Origin: a virus
Lineage: Duplodnaviria; Caudoviricetes
Strand: one strand, 5' to 3'
Virus record (IMG/VR): IMGVR_UViG_2906976556_000001
Location: 1 to 64,000 of that record
DNA: 64,000 bases
Shown piece by piece: positions 27,940 to 36,669 of the stretch. The notes under the pieces were generated by a model that saw nothing but the letters and a program-made list of their open reading frames with translations, did not search any database and had not been told where the DNA came from. Position 1 is the first letter of the stretch. Each line of letters starts with the position of its first letter. A program made the translations under genes and the position numbers.

Positions 27940-28166
27940 CAGTCCTTCTTCGGCTCCGCGACCTTCGCGTCAGCGGCGGCCTTCGGATCAGTGCGAGGAG
28001 CCTGAACGCGAGCAGGCGTCTCGACGACCGGCCGCGCAGCAGGCTCGTCGACAGGAACCTCCTCGACAGGGGCTTCCTGCGACTTCACATGCTTCTCGTA
28101 TGCCTTCGAATGCTCGTCGGCCCAATGCTCGACACCGTCGGCATCGGTGTAGGTGACAACAGCCAT
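27939..28166 (-). CDS. Hypothetical protein
   Basis: Coupled ORF in head-tail region. Confidence 0.55.
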   Translation of the reverse strand: MAVVTYTDADGVEHWADEHSKAYEKHVKSQEAPVEEVPVDEPAARPVVETPARVQAPRTDPKAAADAKVAEPKKD

Positions 28167-28170
28167 GGGA

Positions 28171-28542
28171 TTACTCCAAATCGTTTGTTCGCCGCACCAT
28201 CACGGCGAGGTAGGAAGGTTTACGTCCACCGCGGATGTGGCGGCGGGACCGCGCATTAGCGACGACCTGATAGCGGAGACCATCCGCATCGATCAACTCG
28301 TCACGAGATTCAGGTAGTGGACTATCAGGCTCCAGCAGCAGCACGTACACCGACGTCACATGCCCGTCGTCGAACTCGACGTTGCCCGCGTCGACGGACG
28401 ACGCCGACAGTTGCCGCTGCTGCAGCAACCCACGCACCGGAATCGGTTCGGGCTTCACCCCGGGCTTCTTGTTTCCGGTCGACGGATCGAAAGTCGGCGC
28501 GCCAGAGGGTCGTTGAAGCCGCCACTGTTCGGGAAATTTCAT
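28171..28542 (-). CDS. Head-to-tail stopper
   Basis: Synteny, size, DP.TGN motif. Confidence 0.7.
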   Translation of the reverse strand: MKFPEQWRLQRPSGAPTFDPSTGNKKPGVKPEPIPVRGLLQQRQLSASSVDAGNVEFDDGHVTSVYVLLLEPDSPLPESRDELIDADGLRYQVVANARSRRHIRGGRKPSYLAVMVRRTNDLE

Positions 28543-28928
28543 CAGCCCGGCGCAATCGAAAACGACTTCGACGTCGTCACCGGAGGCGTCAGCCGCGCCT
28601 TCTGCTTGTCCGTCATGTAGACGAGCTCCTCGAAATCAGCCGACGAAAAGTTGTACTCGGTGGTGACCTCAGGGAACTGCTCCGACTTGATATTCGGGCC
28701 GATCCGCATGTTGTCGAGCGCCCGAGACACCATCACGCAGATGACGCCCTTGACGAGATCGATGTCCAACGCGGCAGACTCGACCGACGCGTCGAGCGTC
28801 GGAACTTCCTGCCGCGCAACAGCGGACGCGAAGCGGATCAGGAAGAGGACCTGCGGCAGCTGCGCCTCGGAGAACACCTCCGAACGGAACGTCTGCAGAT
28901 CCCCTTCCGAGATCAGCGGGTAGGCCAC
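28542..28928 (-). CDS. Head-to-tail adaptor
   Basis: VKGVIC.MVSRAL motif; synteny. Confidence 0.7.
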   Translation of the reverse strand: MAYPLISEGDLQTFRSEVFSEAQLPQVLFLIRFASAVARQEVPTLDASVESAALDIDLVKGVICVMVSRALDNMRIGPNIKSEQFPEVTTEYNFSSADFEELVYMTDKQKARLTPPVTTSKSFSIAPG

Positions 28929-28931
28929 GAA

Positions 28932-29192
28932 TCAGGCCTTGGCTCCGGCAGCGGCCTTCTCGGCTGCTTCCTTGTCGGCCTTGGCCTTTGCTGCAGCGGC
29001 GGTACGCTTCTCCGCGGCGGTCGGCTCGTCCGAGTCGTCGGAGCCTTCCTTCGCGATGAGTCCGTCGCCGAGCAGACGCTTGATCGCGTCAGCCGAAATG
29101 TCCGACGGCACGGTTGCACCCTGGTACAGGTACTTGATCTTGCCGTCCGAGCCGTTCACGCCGACGAGCGGCGCTGTCACGATGTGTCCCAT
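28932..29192 (-). CDS. Small head-associated protein
   Basis: YLYQGATVP...RLLGDGLI; follows capsid. Confidence 0.6.
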   Translation of the reverse strand: MGHIVTAPLVGVNGSDGKIKYLYQGATVPSDISADAIKRLLGDGLIAKEGSDDSDEPTAAEKRTAAAAKAKADKEAAEKAAAGAKA

Positions 29193-29204
29193 GTCAGTTT
29201 CCCC

Positions 29205-30113
29205 TTACGCCGCGATGCCGGTGATGCGGATGGCTGCGCCGGGTTCGTTGACGTACGGCACGCAGACACGGCGGGCACGGACGCGCCACTGGTCGTTGTC
29301 GTCGTCGCGGATCGACTTCGTCTCGATGACGTCGCCGGTGTAGCCCTGGCCGAGCTTCTCGTCGGCGATGCCTCCGAGAGCGTTGGTGTCGATCAGCCAC
29401 GCGCCGGCTGCGGGCAGGTTCGACGTCGGCAGCAACGTCAGGCCCGCGACCTGACGGAACTGTCCGGTCGACACGGCGTTGTCGCCGGTCTCACGGGGAA
29501 GCAGCGTCGACAGCTTCTCGTCGGACGCGAGGATCGCCCAGGTGGCGTCGTCGACGACGATGACGTTCGGGTCGTAGCCCTTGTTCAGGGCAGCGACCTT
29601 CGCCTTCGCGAGCATGATGTCGCGCAGGATCGTCGCCGAGCTGCCCGTCCACGGGTTCGCCGCAGCCTGGGTGGCAGTGACCTGGGAAGCGATCAGCGAC
29701 AGCGACAGACCGTCGACGGTCTTCACCAGCGTGTTGACCAGACGCTGGAACGCCTTCTCCACGGGGGAGAAGTTCGAGCGCTTGATCTTCTCGTCGGTGA
29801 TGGGCACGTCCTGGCCCCACTTGGTGACCTTCACGGCCTGAGGCGTGCCGTCACCGAGGCCCGCGAGGGGGTACTCGGCGCCCGGCGTGATCGCCTCGGG
29901 TGCACGCTCGGTGTACAGCGGGTCGTCCTGCTCGAACACCACTGCGCCGCCGGACACGTCGGTCCGGGAGGTCAGGATGATGTCGGAGATGAAGCGCTGC
30001 TGCGCGATCTCGTTGACGCGCTTCGCCACGACGGTCGGGTTGGCGAGGAATCGGTTGATCGAGGTGATGTCGCCCGAGAACGTGGGCGGCCCCGATGGGT
30101 AGGTGATGGCCAC
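29205..30113 (-). CDS. Major capsid protein
   Basis: 302 aa, PGAEYP, KWG...ITDE; follows scaffold and decoration genes. Confidence 0.85.
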   Translation of the reverse strand: MAITYPSGPPTFSGDITSINRFLANPTVVAKRVNEIAQQRFISDIILTSRTDVSGGAVVFEQDDPLYTERAPEAITPGAEYPLAGLGDGTPQAVKVTKWGQDVPITDEKIKRSNFSPVEKAFQRLVNTLVKTVDGLSLSLIASQVTATQAAANPWTGSSATILRDIMLAKAKVAALNKGYDPNVIVVDDATWAILASDEKLSTLLPRETGDNAVSTGQFRQVAGLTLLPTSNLPAAGAWLIDTNALGGIADEKLGQGYTGDVIETKSIRDDDNDQWRVRARRVCVPYVNEPGAAIRITGIAA

Positions 30114-30180
30114 GGTGGCCCTCCTTCAAGACTGGGAGCCGCTCGGCCCCAGGGGGAATGGGATGTGTTGGGGCGGCGCG

Positions 30181-30540
30181 TCAGCGCAGCAGGACGCGGA
30201 CCTTGCCGGACGCGGCGGCAGCGAGCGCGACGCCGACGACCTGGTCGGCGGTACCTGCACCGACAGTTGCAACGGCGCCGGCCGCTGCGGCGACGACATT
30301 CGCGCCAGCAGCGATCGCGCCGGACGCAGCGAGCTCGTGCACGCCGCCGGCGTGGACGGTGACCTTCTCGCCGGACGCTGCATCGAACGCGGCGACACCG
30401 AGCCATGCGGCAGTCGCTGCCGAGGTCGGAGCGACGGTGTCGTTGCCGGACACCGCAACCAGCTGTCCGCCGGTGACGGCTGCCGAGGTAGCGATCGGAA
30501 GATCGGCACCTGGCTTACGGATGGGAACGTATTCGGCCAT
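30181..30540 (-). CDS. Capsid decoration/cement protein (DUF2190-like)
   Basis: GVAAFDAASG, ASGAIAAG, VGVALAAA. Confidence 0.75.
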   Translation of the reverse strand: MAEYVPIRKPGADLPIATSAAVTGGQLVAVSGNDTVAPTSAATAAWLGVAAFDAASGEKVTVHAGGVHELAASGAIAAGANVVAAAAGAVATVGAGTADQVVGVALAAAASGKVRVLLR

Positions 30541-30549
30541 GTCAGGGCC

Positions 30550-31182
30550 TCACTTTCGATTCTGGGAAGATCCGTAGAACTCCCCGTAGAGGAGGTCGTC
30601 CGCGGTCTGCGGGGGACCGGGTTGAGCACCCTGCGACGGCACCGGAGCAGGAACACGCGGCGCGTTCGGATCCACCACAGGGGGTGGAGGAGTGGCAGGG
30701 GCCAGAGTTGGCTGGATGGTCGCCCAGTCAGCAGCCAGCTCTTCGGGCGTCGCGCCCTTGAGTCGGTCGATCCACACAGCGGGGACCGAATTAGCGATCG
30801 CGAATCGGAGCCGAAGGTTCTCGGCTTCCTTTTCCTTTGCGGCGGTGTCCCGTTCGGCGCCGAAGTTCTGCGCTCGTTCGAGTTCGGAGAGCTTGGCGTC
30901 TTCCGCGGCCTTCGCGTCGGCAGCCGCCTTGTCCTGAAATTCCTTCAGCGCCTTCTCGGCAGCGGCACGTGCTTCACGTTCCGCGTCGAGGGCCTTCTTT
31001 CCGGGGTCACCGAGACCGTCGGGATACTGCGGATCCGGCGTCGCGCCGGGTGCAGGCGAAGGTGCAGCTGGGGGAGTGGCCGGGTCAGCCGGCGGGGCCG
31101 CGGGCGGCTGCTGCGCAGCAACATCCGCGGGAGTGGGGACAGGTGCAGCCGGTGCGGTCGTAGCCGGAGCGGGAGCAGTCAT
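30550..31182 (-). CDS. Scaffolding protein
   Basis: LGDPGKKALDAER, coiled coil, RLKGATPEEL. Confidence 0.85.
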   Translation of the reverse strand: MTAPAPATTAPAAPVPTPADVAAQQPPAAPPADPATPPAAPSPAPGATPDPQYPDGLGDPGKKALDAEREARAAAEKALKEFQDKAAADAKAAEDAKLSELERAQNFGAERDTAAKEKEAENLRLRFAIANSVPAVWIDRLKGATPEELAADWATIQPTLAPATPPPPVVDPNAPRVPAPVPSQGAQPGPPQTADDLLYGEFYGSSQNRK

Positions 31183-31288
31183 CGGATGGAAACCTCCAGG
31201 AAGGGTTGGACACGTCATCGCGACGTCGACCACCCCAGATCGCCTGAGGCGGTTTAGATCCCCACGGCGTGGGGAAGAATTTGGGCAT

Positions 31289-31321
31289 GAAAAAACCCCG
31301 CAGCGCGTGGCTTACGGGGCT
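31289..31321 (-). terminator. Intrinsic terminator after the MuF/small-gene pair
   Basis: Minus strand GCCCCGTAAGCCACGCGCTGCGGGGTTTTTT. Confidence 0.7.
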
Positions 31322-31337
31322 AAGAGGGTGTGTACGG

Positions 31338-31583
31338 TTATTCGGCGAGTAGTTCGTCGAGTGTGTGGCCGCCCTTGGCGGCGGCTTTCTCCCAGTACTC
31401 ACGGTTCTCGTCGGTGAGTCTGGTCGGGGTGTTCGGCGCCGATTCTTCCTGCGGATCGAAGTCAGGATTGATCCGCAGGCGGGCCTTGATCTCGGCGTCG
31501 GTGAACACTTTCCGCGCCGGGTGAACGTTGCCGAACACGTCGAGGTAACGGTAGTTGCCCAGCACCAAGTTCGGCAGCATCAT
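31338..31583 (-). CDS. Small acidic protein, candidate immunity protein
   Basis: 81 aa, ATGA overlap with the MuF fusion stop codon. Confidence 0.55.
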   Translation of the reverse strand: MMLPNLVLGNYRYLDVFGNVHPARKVFTDAEIKARLRINPDFDPQEESAPNTPTRLTDENREYWEKAAAKGGHTLDELLAE

Positions 31584-34500
31584 GGCAGGACCCCCATCCG
31601 TCGGAACGTCCAGGCAAGTATATCCATCGCTTCACGGCTGCCACCTGAGATCGCTGCGAGCTGAGCAGGGTTGCCCATCACGAGCGCGGCGTAGCCTTCC
31701 GCGATCCACTCTTCCCGGCCGGACACCGAAGTGCCCTCCGATCCCGATCGGTAGTAGTCGTTCACGCCAGAGTTCGCCTCGACGAATTCCTTGTGCGCCC
31801 ACTGGATGTACGGGTCGTCGACGAACCGGCCCACCGTGTAGTCGACTGGTTCCTGAGCTCGTGCCACGATGCTCGCAGGCAGGTTCGGGTTGCCCTGTTC
31901 CTGCCAGCGGACATCGATCGGATTGTCTCGCAGCGTGTTCGAGTCCAGCGCGTGCCCGATCTCGTGCGCGACGACGTTCACCGAACCGTGCGGCGCGTCC
32001 GTCGAGATGACGACTGCCTTGATCTGGTTTTGGTAGAACGAGATCGCATCGATCGGACGGCCATCGGCACTGGTGATTCCGTCGAACATCGCCGCGAACG
32101 GGCCTTCCGATACCTTCCGTGACGCCACAACCCGGACACCTGTGTCACCGAGGATCTGTCGGGCGGCGAATGGCACAGATAGGAAGTCGTTCTCGAACTG
32201 GAGCCGCTCCATGAAGCCGACACGACCATCGATCTCGGGTGTCACCGGCTCGTTCGCGCTGAACCCAGCGGGTTCGCGAGCGACCGTCAAGCCTCGGGCG
32301 GCGCCAGCAGGCGAAGGGGCGACGTCGACCTCATCGGTATCCCCTTCGACCATTCGCCAGAACTTCTCCTGCGCAGCCATTTTCAATGGTGCCGGCGCCG
32401 AAGGATCGCCGATCAGCCGCATGTTCAGGCCGGACTTCAGAACCTCGTCGAACACCTCTCGGAGCTGTTCCGAGTCGCCGATGTCGAAGTCCAATTCCTC
32501 CATTGCGGCGGCAAAGTCGCTGTACTCGTCGACGAACTCGCCGCCCTTGACTGACTTCACAACCTTCGGGGACCCAGTCACATCTACGGGAAGCGGTCTG
32601 GACTCAACCCGGCGGTGCTTCTGCAGAATCGACCACAACGCGGACCCGATTTCTTCCGACTCCAAGAAATCTGCATCCGGGTCGTTGATTCCGGCGACAT
32701 TCAGCTTGGTTTCGATGATCTCGTTGGTGACGGCCCGCATGTCGAAGTCGCTCGTTCGTGCACCACCAGTCAACCGGCCCGCTGGCGCGTCTCTGTAGCT
32801 CGAGGCCGCCTGATAGCTGAGCCAGGAATGCACCGACTGGTTTACCTCGTAGAGCTTGTTCTGCGACAGCGACTCGACATCGGTGCCGCGGTAGGTCGTC
32901 AGGTAGCCCTTGAACGGTGCACCGGTTTTCGCCCGGTTCTCGTCCCACTTCAGCTTCGCTGCCGCCGACTCGGCGGCCTTCTCGGCCGCCAGCACTGCAT
33001 CGTCCTTGACCTTCGCCGCACTGATCAATTCATCCAGACGGCTGCGGATTGCCGTGTCGACACCGGGCAGGATGTCAGGATCGATCAGATGCTCGACATT
33101 CAAGCCGTCCGCGAGGATCTCGTCGACTAGCGTCGGCGCCTGTGCGGTGCCCGAGACTCTGAATCGACCCGGGCGTACATCGAAATTGATGTCGTCACGC
33201 CCGAGTTGCTTCAACGCGACCGCGACCCGCAGCGCATCCGCTCGATCGCCTGTTTCGATGCTGGTGCTCGAGTACGGCCGAGTGACGCCGCGGTGCGGCG
33301 ACTCCGACATGTACGTCCGGTTTTGACCGAAGATCGAGTCCAGCACCGCGGTGGTCGAAGCACGATCGTTGACCGGCTTGTAGATGTACTCCAGCGGCTG
33401 GACGTTCAGCCCAGCCTGCAGGACGGAATCCGCGATCTCAGGCAGGTCGTAGGCGACAGGGTTCAGTGGCGTCGCACGGTCGATCGGATCTTTCCGCCGA
33501 TTCAACTCCAACCGCAGATGCGCCGAAATCCCAGCAGCGGTGTCCAACACCTGCTGCGGTGTCGCCTCAGCGAGCGGCACCGGCACTTGCACCGGCGGAC
33601 TCGGTCGCACAACCGGCGGCGACGACATGACCCGACCGGATGCGATGACCCGATCCAAATCGACCGTCGGTAGCTGGTGCAGCGGAACGTTCAGCAGCTC
33701 GTCGAGATCCGGCACCAAACCGGTGCGAGACCCAACACCCGAAGCAGGACCGGAGCGTTCGAGCACGTAGCCGTTCAGCTTCAGCAGCCGCAGCGCATCC
33801 TCGCGGGACTCGGCGACCTCGTAAATCGCTTCCGGCATCAGTCTCGGCGTCGTCGTCGGAGTCCGGCCGCGCGCACGAATCAGCTTCCCCGCGACACCGC
33901 GCTTCGTTGTGCCCTCAGTCGTGTACGCCAGCTGCCGCCCGTACACCTGCGCTCGCTGCATCCCACGGTCCGCGTTCACGACCTGGCTGATGTCTGCGCC
34001 GTCCCGGATGGCTTGCGCGGCAGTCGGGCCGAACGCCGCATCCTGCTCGACCTTCGACAGCGAACGAAAGTAGCGGTCCGGGTCGACCGAGATCTCGGAC
34101 GCGATCTTCTGCGTCGACGGAACGTGCCGGCAGTCGCACCGCGGGTGCCGTCTGAATCCGGCACTCCACTTGTAGAACCGGCCAGCCAGGATCACGCACC
34201 GCGCACACGACGGCGGATTCAGCATCCGCACATATCCGACCGACGGGCGAGCTGTGATGCCAACGGATTCCGCGGCACGACCCGTGTCCGACAGTGTCGT
34301 CTGCACCAGCATCTGCAACACCTCGGCGCCCGCCGACAGCGCGTCAGCCGGAGCCAGTCCCGAGGCGACAGCAGTCTTGGACTCGATCACCGACCGGTAC
34401 ATCGCGTCGCCGAGCTCGACACCGCCGCCGGTCACACCGACGAACGACTCCGGCACGACGTCCGCGAGCACGTCAGGCTGCAGGCCTTGCTCGTCGAGAA

Positions 34501-34714
34501 CCGTCGGGACAAAGTCGACAGCGAGGTTCGCCGACGCCAACTGCGCCTGCTCCACCGAACCAACCAATGTCGGCGCGATCTGGTCCCACGACTCGTCGAA
34601 GTCGTTGCCCATCCGCAGCCACAGCCGCTTCACCAGCGCTAGCGTTGCAGCGGAAATCCGCTGCTGGCCGAGCCAGTACGCGCCGACAGAATCAGGCAGC
34701 GCCACCGGTGACAT
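31580..34714 (-). CDS. MuF-like minor head protein with long extension ending in an HEXXH metallopeptidase-like domain
   Basis: N-terminal RMLNPPSCARC..LAG...FRRHPRCDC; C-terminal VAHEIGHALD and EEWIAEGY. Confidence 0.8.
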   Translation of the reverse strand: MSPVALPDSVGAYWLGQQRISAATLALVKRLWLRMGNDFDESWDQIAPTLVGSVEQAQLASANLAVDFVPTVLDEQGLQPDVLADVVPESFVGVTGGGVELGDAMYRSVIESKTAVASGLAPADALSAGAEVLQMLVQTTLSDTGRAAESVGITARPSVGYVRMLNPPSCARCVILAGRFYKWSAGFRRHPRCDCRHVPSTQKIASEISVDPDRYFRSLSKVEQDAAFGPTAAQAIRDGADISQVVNADRGMQRAQVYGRQLAYTTEGTTKRGVAGKLIRARGRTPTTTPRLMPEAIYEVAESREDALRLLKLNGYVLERSGPASGVGSRTGLVPDLDELLNVPLHQLPTVDLDRVIASGRVMSSPPVVRPSPPVQVPVPLAEATPQQVLDTAAGISAHLRLELNRRKDPIDRATPLNPVAYDLPEIADSVLQAGLNVQPLEYIYKPVNDRASTTAVLDSIFGQNRTYMSESPHRGVTRPYSSTSIETGDRADALRVAVALKQLGRDDINFDVRPGRFRVSGTAQAPTLVDEILADGLNVEHLIDPDILPGVDTAIRSRLDELISAAKVKDDAVLAAEKAAESAAAKLKWDENRAKTGAPFKGYLTTYRGTDVESLSQNKLYEVNQSVHSWLSYQAASSYRDAPAGRLTGGARTSDFDMRAVTNEIIETKLNVAGINDPDADFLESEEIGSALWSILQKHRRVESRPLPVDVTGSPKVVKSVKGGEFVDEYSDFAAAMEELDFDIGDSEQLREVFDEVLKSGLNMRLIGDPSAPAPLKMAAQEKFWRMVEGDTDEVDVAPSPAGAARGLTVAREPAGFSANEPVTPEIDGRVGFMERLQFENDFLSVPFAARQILGDTGVRVVASRKVSEGPFAAMFDGITSADGRPIDAISFYQNQIKAVVISTDAPHGSVNVVAHEIGHALDSNTLRDNPIDVRWQEQGNPNLPASIVARAQEPVDYTVGRFVDDPYIQWAHKEFVEANSGVNDYYRSGSEGTSVSGREEWIAEGYAALVMGNPAQLAAISGGSREAMDILAWTFRRMGVLP

Positions 34715-36047
34715 CCTGGAAGCTACGGTTCACGCGGTCGAGTTGCGGATCGACCGCGGCTTCCAAGTCCATCTGCCGCATCTGCTTCCGCTGAGTCTCC
34801 GTGTACCCGAGATCGATACGCGTCTGCTCCAACGGCACGATCTTTGACTCGTACTTCTTGACCGCAGCGTCAGCCTTCTGCGACTCGGTCGGCGTGGACG
34901 GGTCACGCCACACCGTCTCGAGCGAATAGTCACGCATCTCCAGCTCGGACTTGCCGCGCATGAACATGAGGTTGATGCGCTGCACATCCTCGTGCGCGCC
35001 ACCAAGGAACGTGTGCTTCCGCTCGATGCGCTTCACCAGCTGAATTTCCGACGACCGGATCGCATCCGCGGACGCAGGATTGTCGCCGACGAAGCCCATG
35101 TAATGCGGTGGCAGCGCAGCCATCTGCGACGCCAACTGCGCCAGCAGCTTGATCGTCGAATGAAAGTTCGCGAGATCAGCCTCAGCGAACTGGCCGACCT
35201 TCACATTCGGGTTCTCGTTCGCCCAGATCCGTGATTTGATCTGCTGCCACGCCGTCACACGACGACCCGACGGATCCTCGAAGTCCTTCGCCGTCAGGCC
35301 GAAAGCCCACCGGCGAGGCATCGCATGGAACTCGCCCGAGATCATCATGTCCGTCGCCATCTTGTTCGCGGCATCCGCGAGAGGCAGCAGATCCTTGAAC
35401 TCGGTGGTGCCGTTCGGACGCAACGTTCGAGGACGGTTCACCAGCGGAACGACAGGAACGACCCCGAAGTTGTGCTTGTCCTGGAACTCGCCCTTCGCCC
35501 ACGCGCCCTGTGTCTGCACGAACTCCGACGTCTCCATCGGCGTGTACACGAGCGCATGCTCGACGTCGTCGAGATCCTTCCACCGCTTGATCGCGGCAGT
35601 CACCTTCTGCGTCGCCGGGTCCCGCTGCGCCCACATCTGAAACGGCGACTCGATCGAGTTGATCGGCGGCATCCCCTTCTCAGGGTTCGTGCCGATCGTC
35701 ACGTACGACCGCGACAACGAGATGGAATCGAGGTGCGCCTGCTGCGACTTCTCGTCCATGTTGTTGTACTGCCACCACGACCACAGCTCGTCGTCGCCGG
35801 AATCCATGTCCGCGAACCGGAATCCCTCGACATCGAGACGGTTCTCGTAGGCGTCGGCGACGAACCGCGCCCAGTTGATTACCAGCTCGGCGACCGTCTC
35901 GCCGATCTCGTCCTTCATCGCCTCGGACATGTACTTCAAGGGCTGCTCGCCCTCGTAGTAGTTGTCCCACTTCGTCAGGTTGTCGACGTCGACGCGGAGC
36001 CCTTTTTCGAGCTCCGGGATCAGCTCCAGTGGTGTCTTGTCGGCCAC
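34692..36047 (-). CDS. Portal protein (SPP1 gp6-like)
   Basis: YYEGEQ, VPVVPLVNR, AMPRRW, NPASADAIR. Confidence 0.9.
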   Translation of the reverse strand: MADKTPLELIPELEKGLRVDVDNLTKWDNYYEGEQPLKYMSEAMKDEIGETVAELVINWARFVADAYENRLDVEGFRFADMDSGDDELWSWWQYNNMDEKSQQAHLDSISLSRSYVTIGTNPEKGMPPINSIESPFQMWAQRDPATQKVTAAIKRWKDLDDVEHALVYTPMETSEFVQTQGAWAKGEFQDKHNFGVVPVVPLVNRPRTLRPNGTTEFKDLLPLADAANKMATDMMISGEFHAMPRRWAFGLTAKDFEDPSGRRVTAWQQIKSRIWANENPNVKVGQFAEADLANFHSTIKLLAQLASQMAALPPHYMGFVGDNPASADAIRSSEIQLVKRIERKHTFLGGAHEDVQRINLMFMRGKSELEMRDYSLETVWRDPSTPTESQKADAAVKKYESKIVPLEQTRIDLGYTETQRKQMRQMDLEAAVDPQLDRVNRSFQDVTGGAA

Positions 36048-36063
36048 GACACCCCCATTCAGT

Positions 36064-36669
36064 TCAGAAAACGATCATTCGGCTGCTCACCTGGTTCGGT
36101 TCGGGCCAGCCAGCTGCCCAGGAATCCGCAGCTGCCTCATGTGCGACGATTGATGCCATTGCGGCGTCGATCTTTTGGTGATCGGTGGGTTTGCCGAGAA
36201 CGTATTTCTGGCCTGGCTTCGCCACTTTGCGTGCGTTCGCGATGTGAATCGCGGTGATCGGGCAACCGTCATGCGATATGCGCCCGGTCGCGAGATCCGT
36301 CTCGAAACGGCGGATCGACTCGTACATCTGATTGACACGCCCTGTGTGCCACTCGAAGACGTGCTCCTCGCCGTGGTTTCGTGACCAATCACCGATCTCC
36401 GAGTACCAGTCCTGCGGGTCGCAGTACATTCGCTCGACCTTGTACCTGTCGAAGATCTCGTCGACCGCTGCATGGACCTCGCCGCGAGGAATACGGCCTT
36501 CCCACTCACTCGGATCCCAGATCGTCGGGAGATCGTCAGGCCCGTACCGAGGAGTGAACTGAACGCCATCTCGTGTCTCGCAACGGATCGCGGTCCAGTC
36601 ATTGTTCTCGGAACCGTCGAAGCCAACGGCCACCTGAGTTCCGGCCGGTGGGTTAGGAAGCCACAGCAT
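36064..36669 (-). CDS. Terminase large subunit, nuclease domain (separate gene)
   Basis: GFDGS..NDWT, YCDP, KIDAAMA. Confidence 0.85.
   Translation of the reverse strand: MLWLPNPPAGTQVAVGFDGSENNDWTAIRCETRDGVQFTPRYGPDDLPTIWDPSEWEGRIPRGEVHAAVDEIFDRYKVERMYCDPQDWYSEIGDWSRNHGEEHVFEWHTGRVNQMYESIRRFETDLATGRISHDGCPITAIHIANARKVAKPGQKYVLGKPTDHQKIDAAMASIVAHEAAADSWAAGWPEPNQVSSRMIVF

Noticed and set aside
28317-30362. 681-aa plus-strand ORF and many similar long antisense ORFs
   Set aside because: Shadow frames of high-GC minus-strand genes; Arg-rich with no recognisable motifs.
36653-36669. Terminase as a frameshifted pseudogene
   Set aside because: Break is at the domain boundary, the second ORF has its own ATG and all catalytic motifs are intact.
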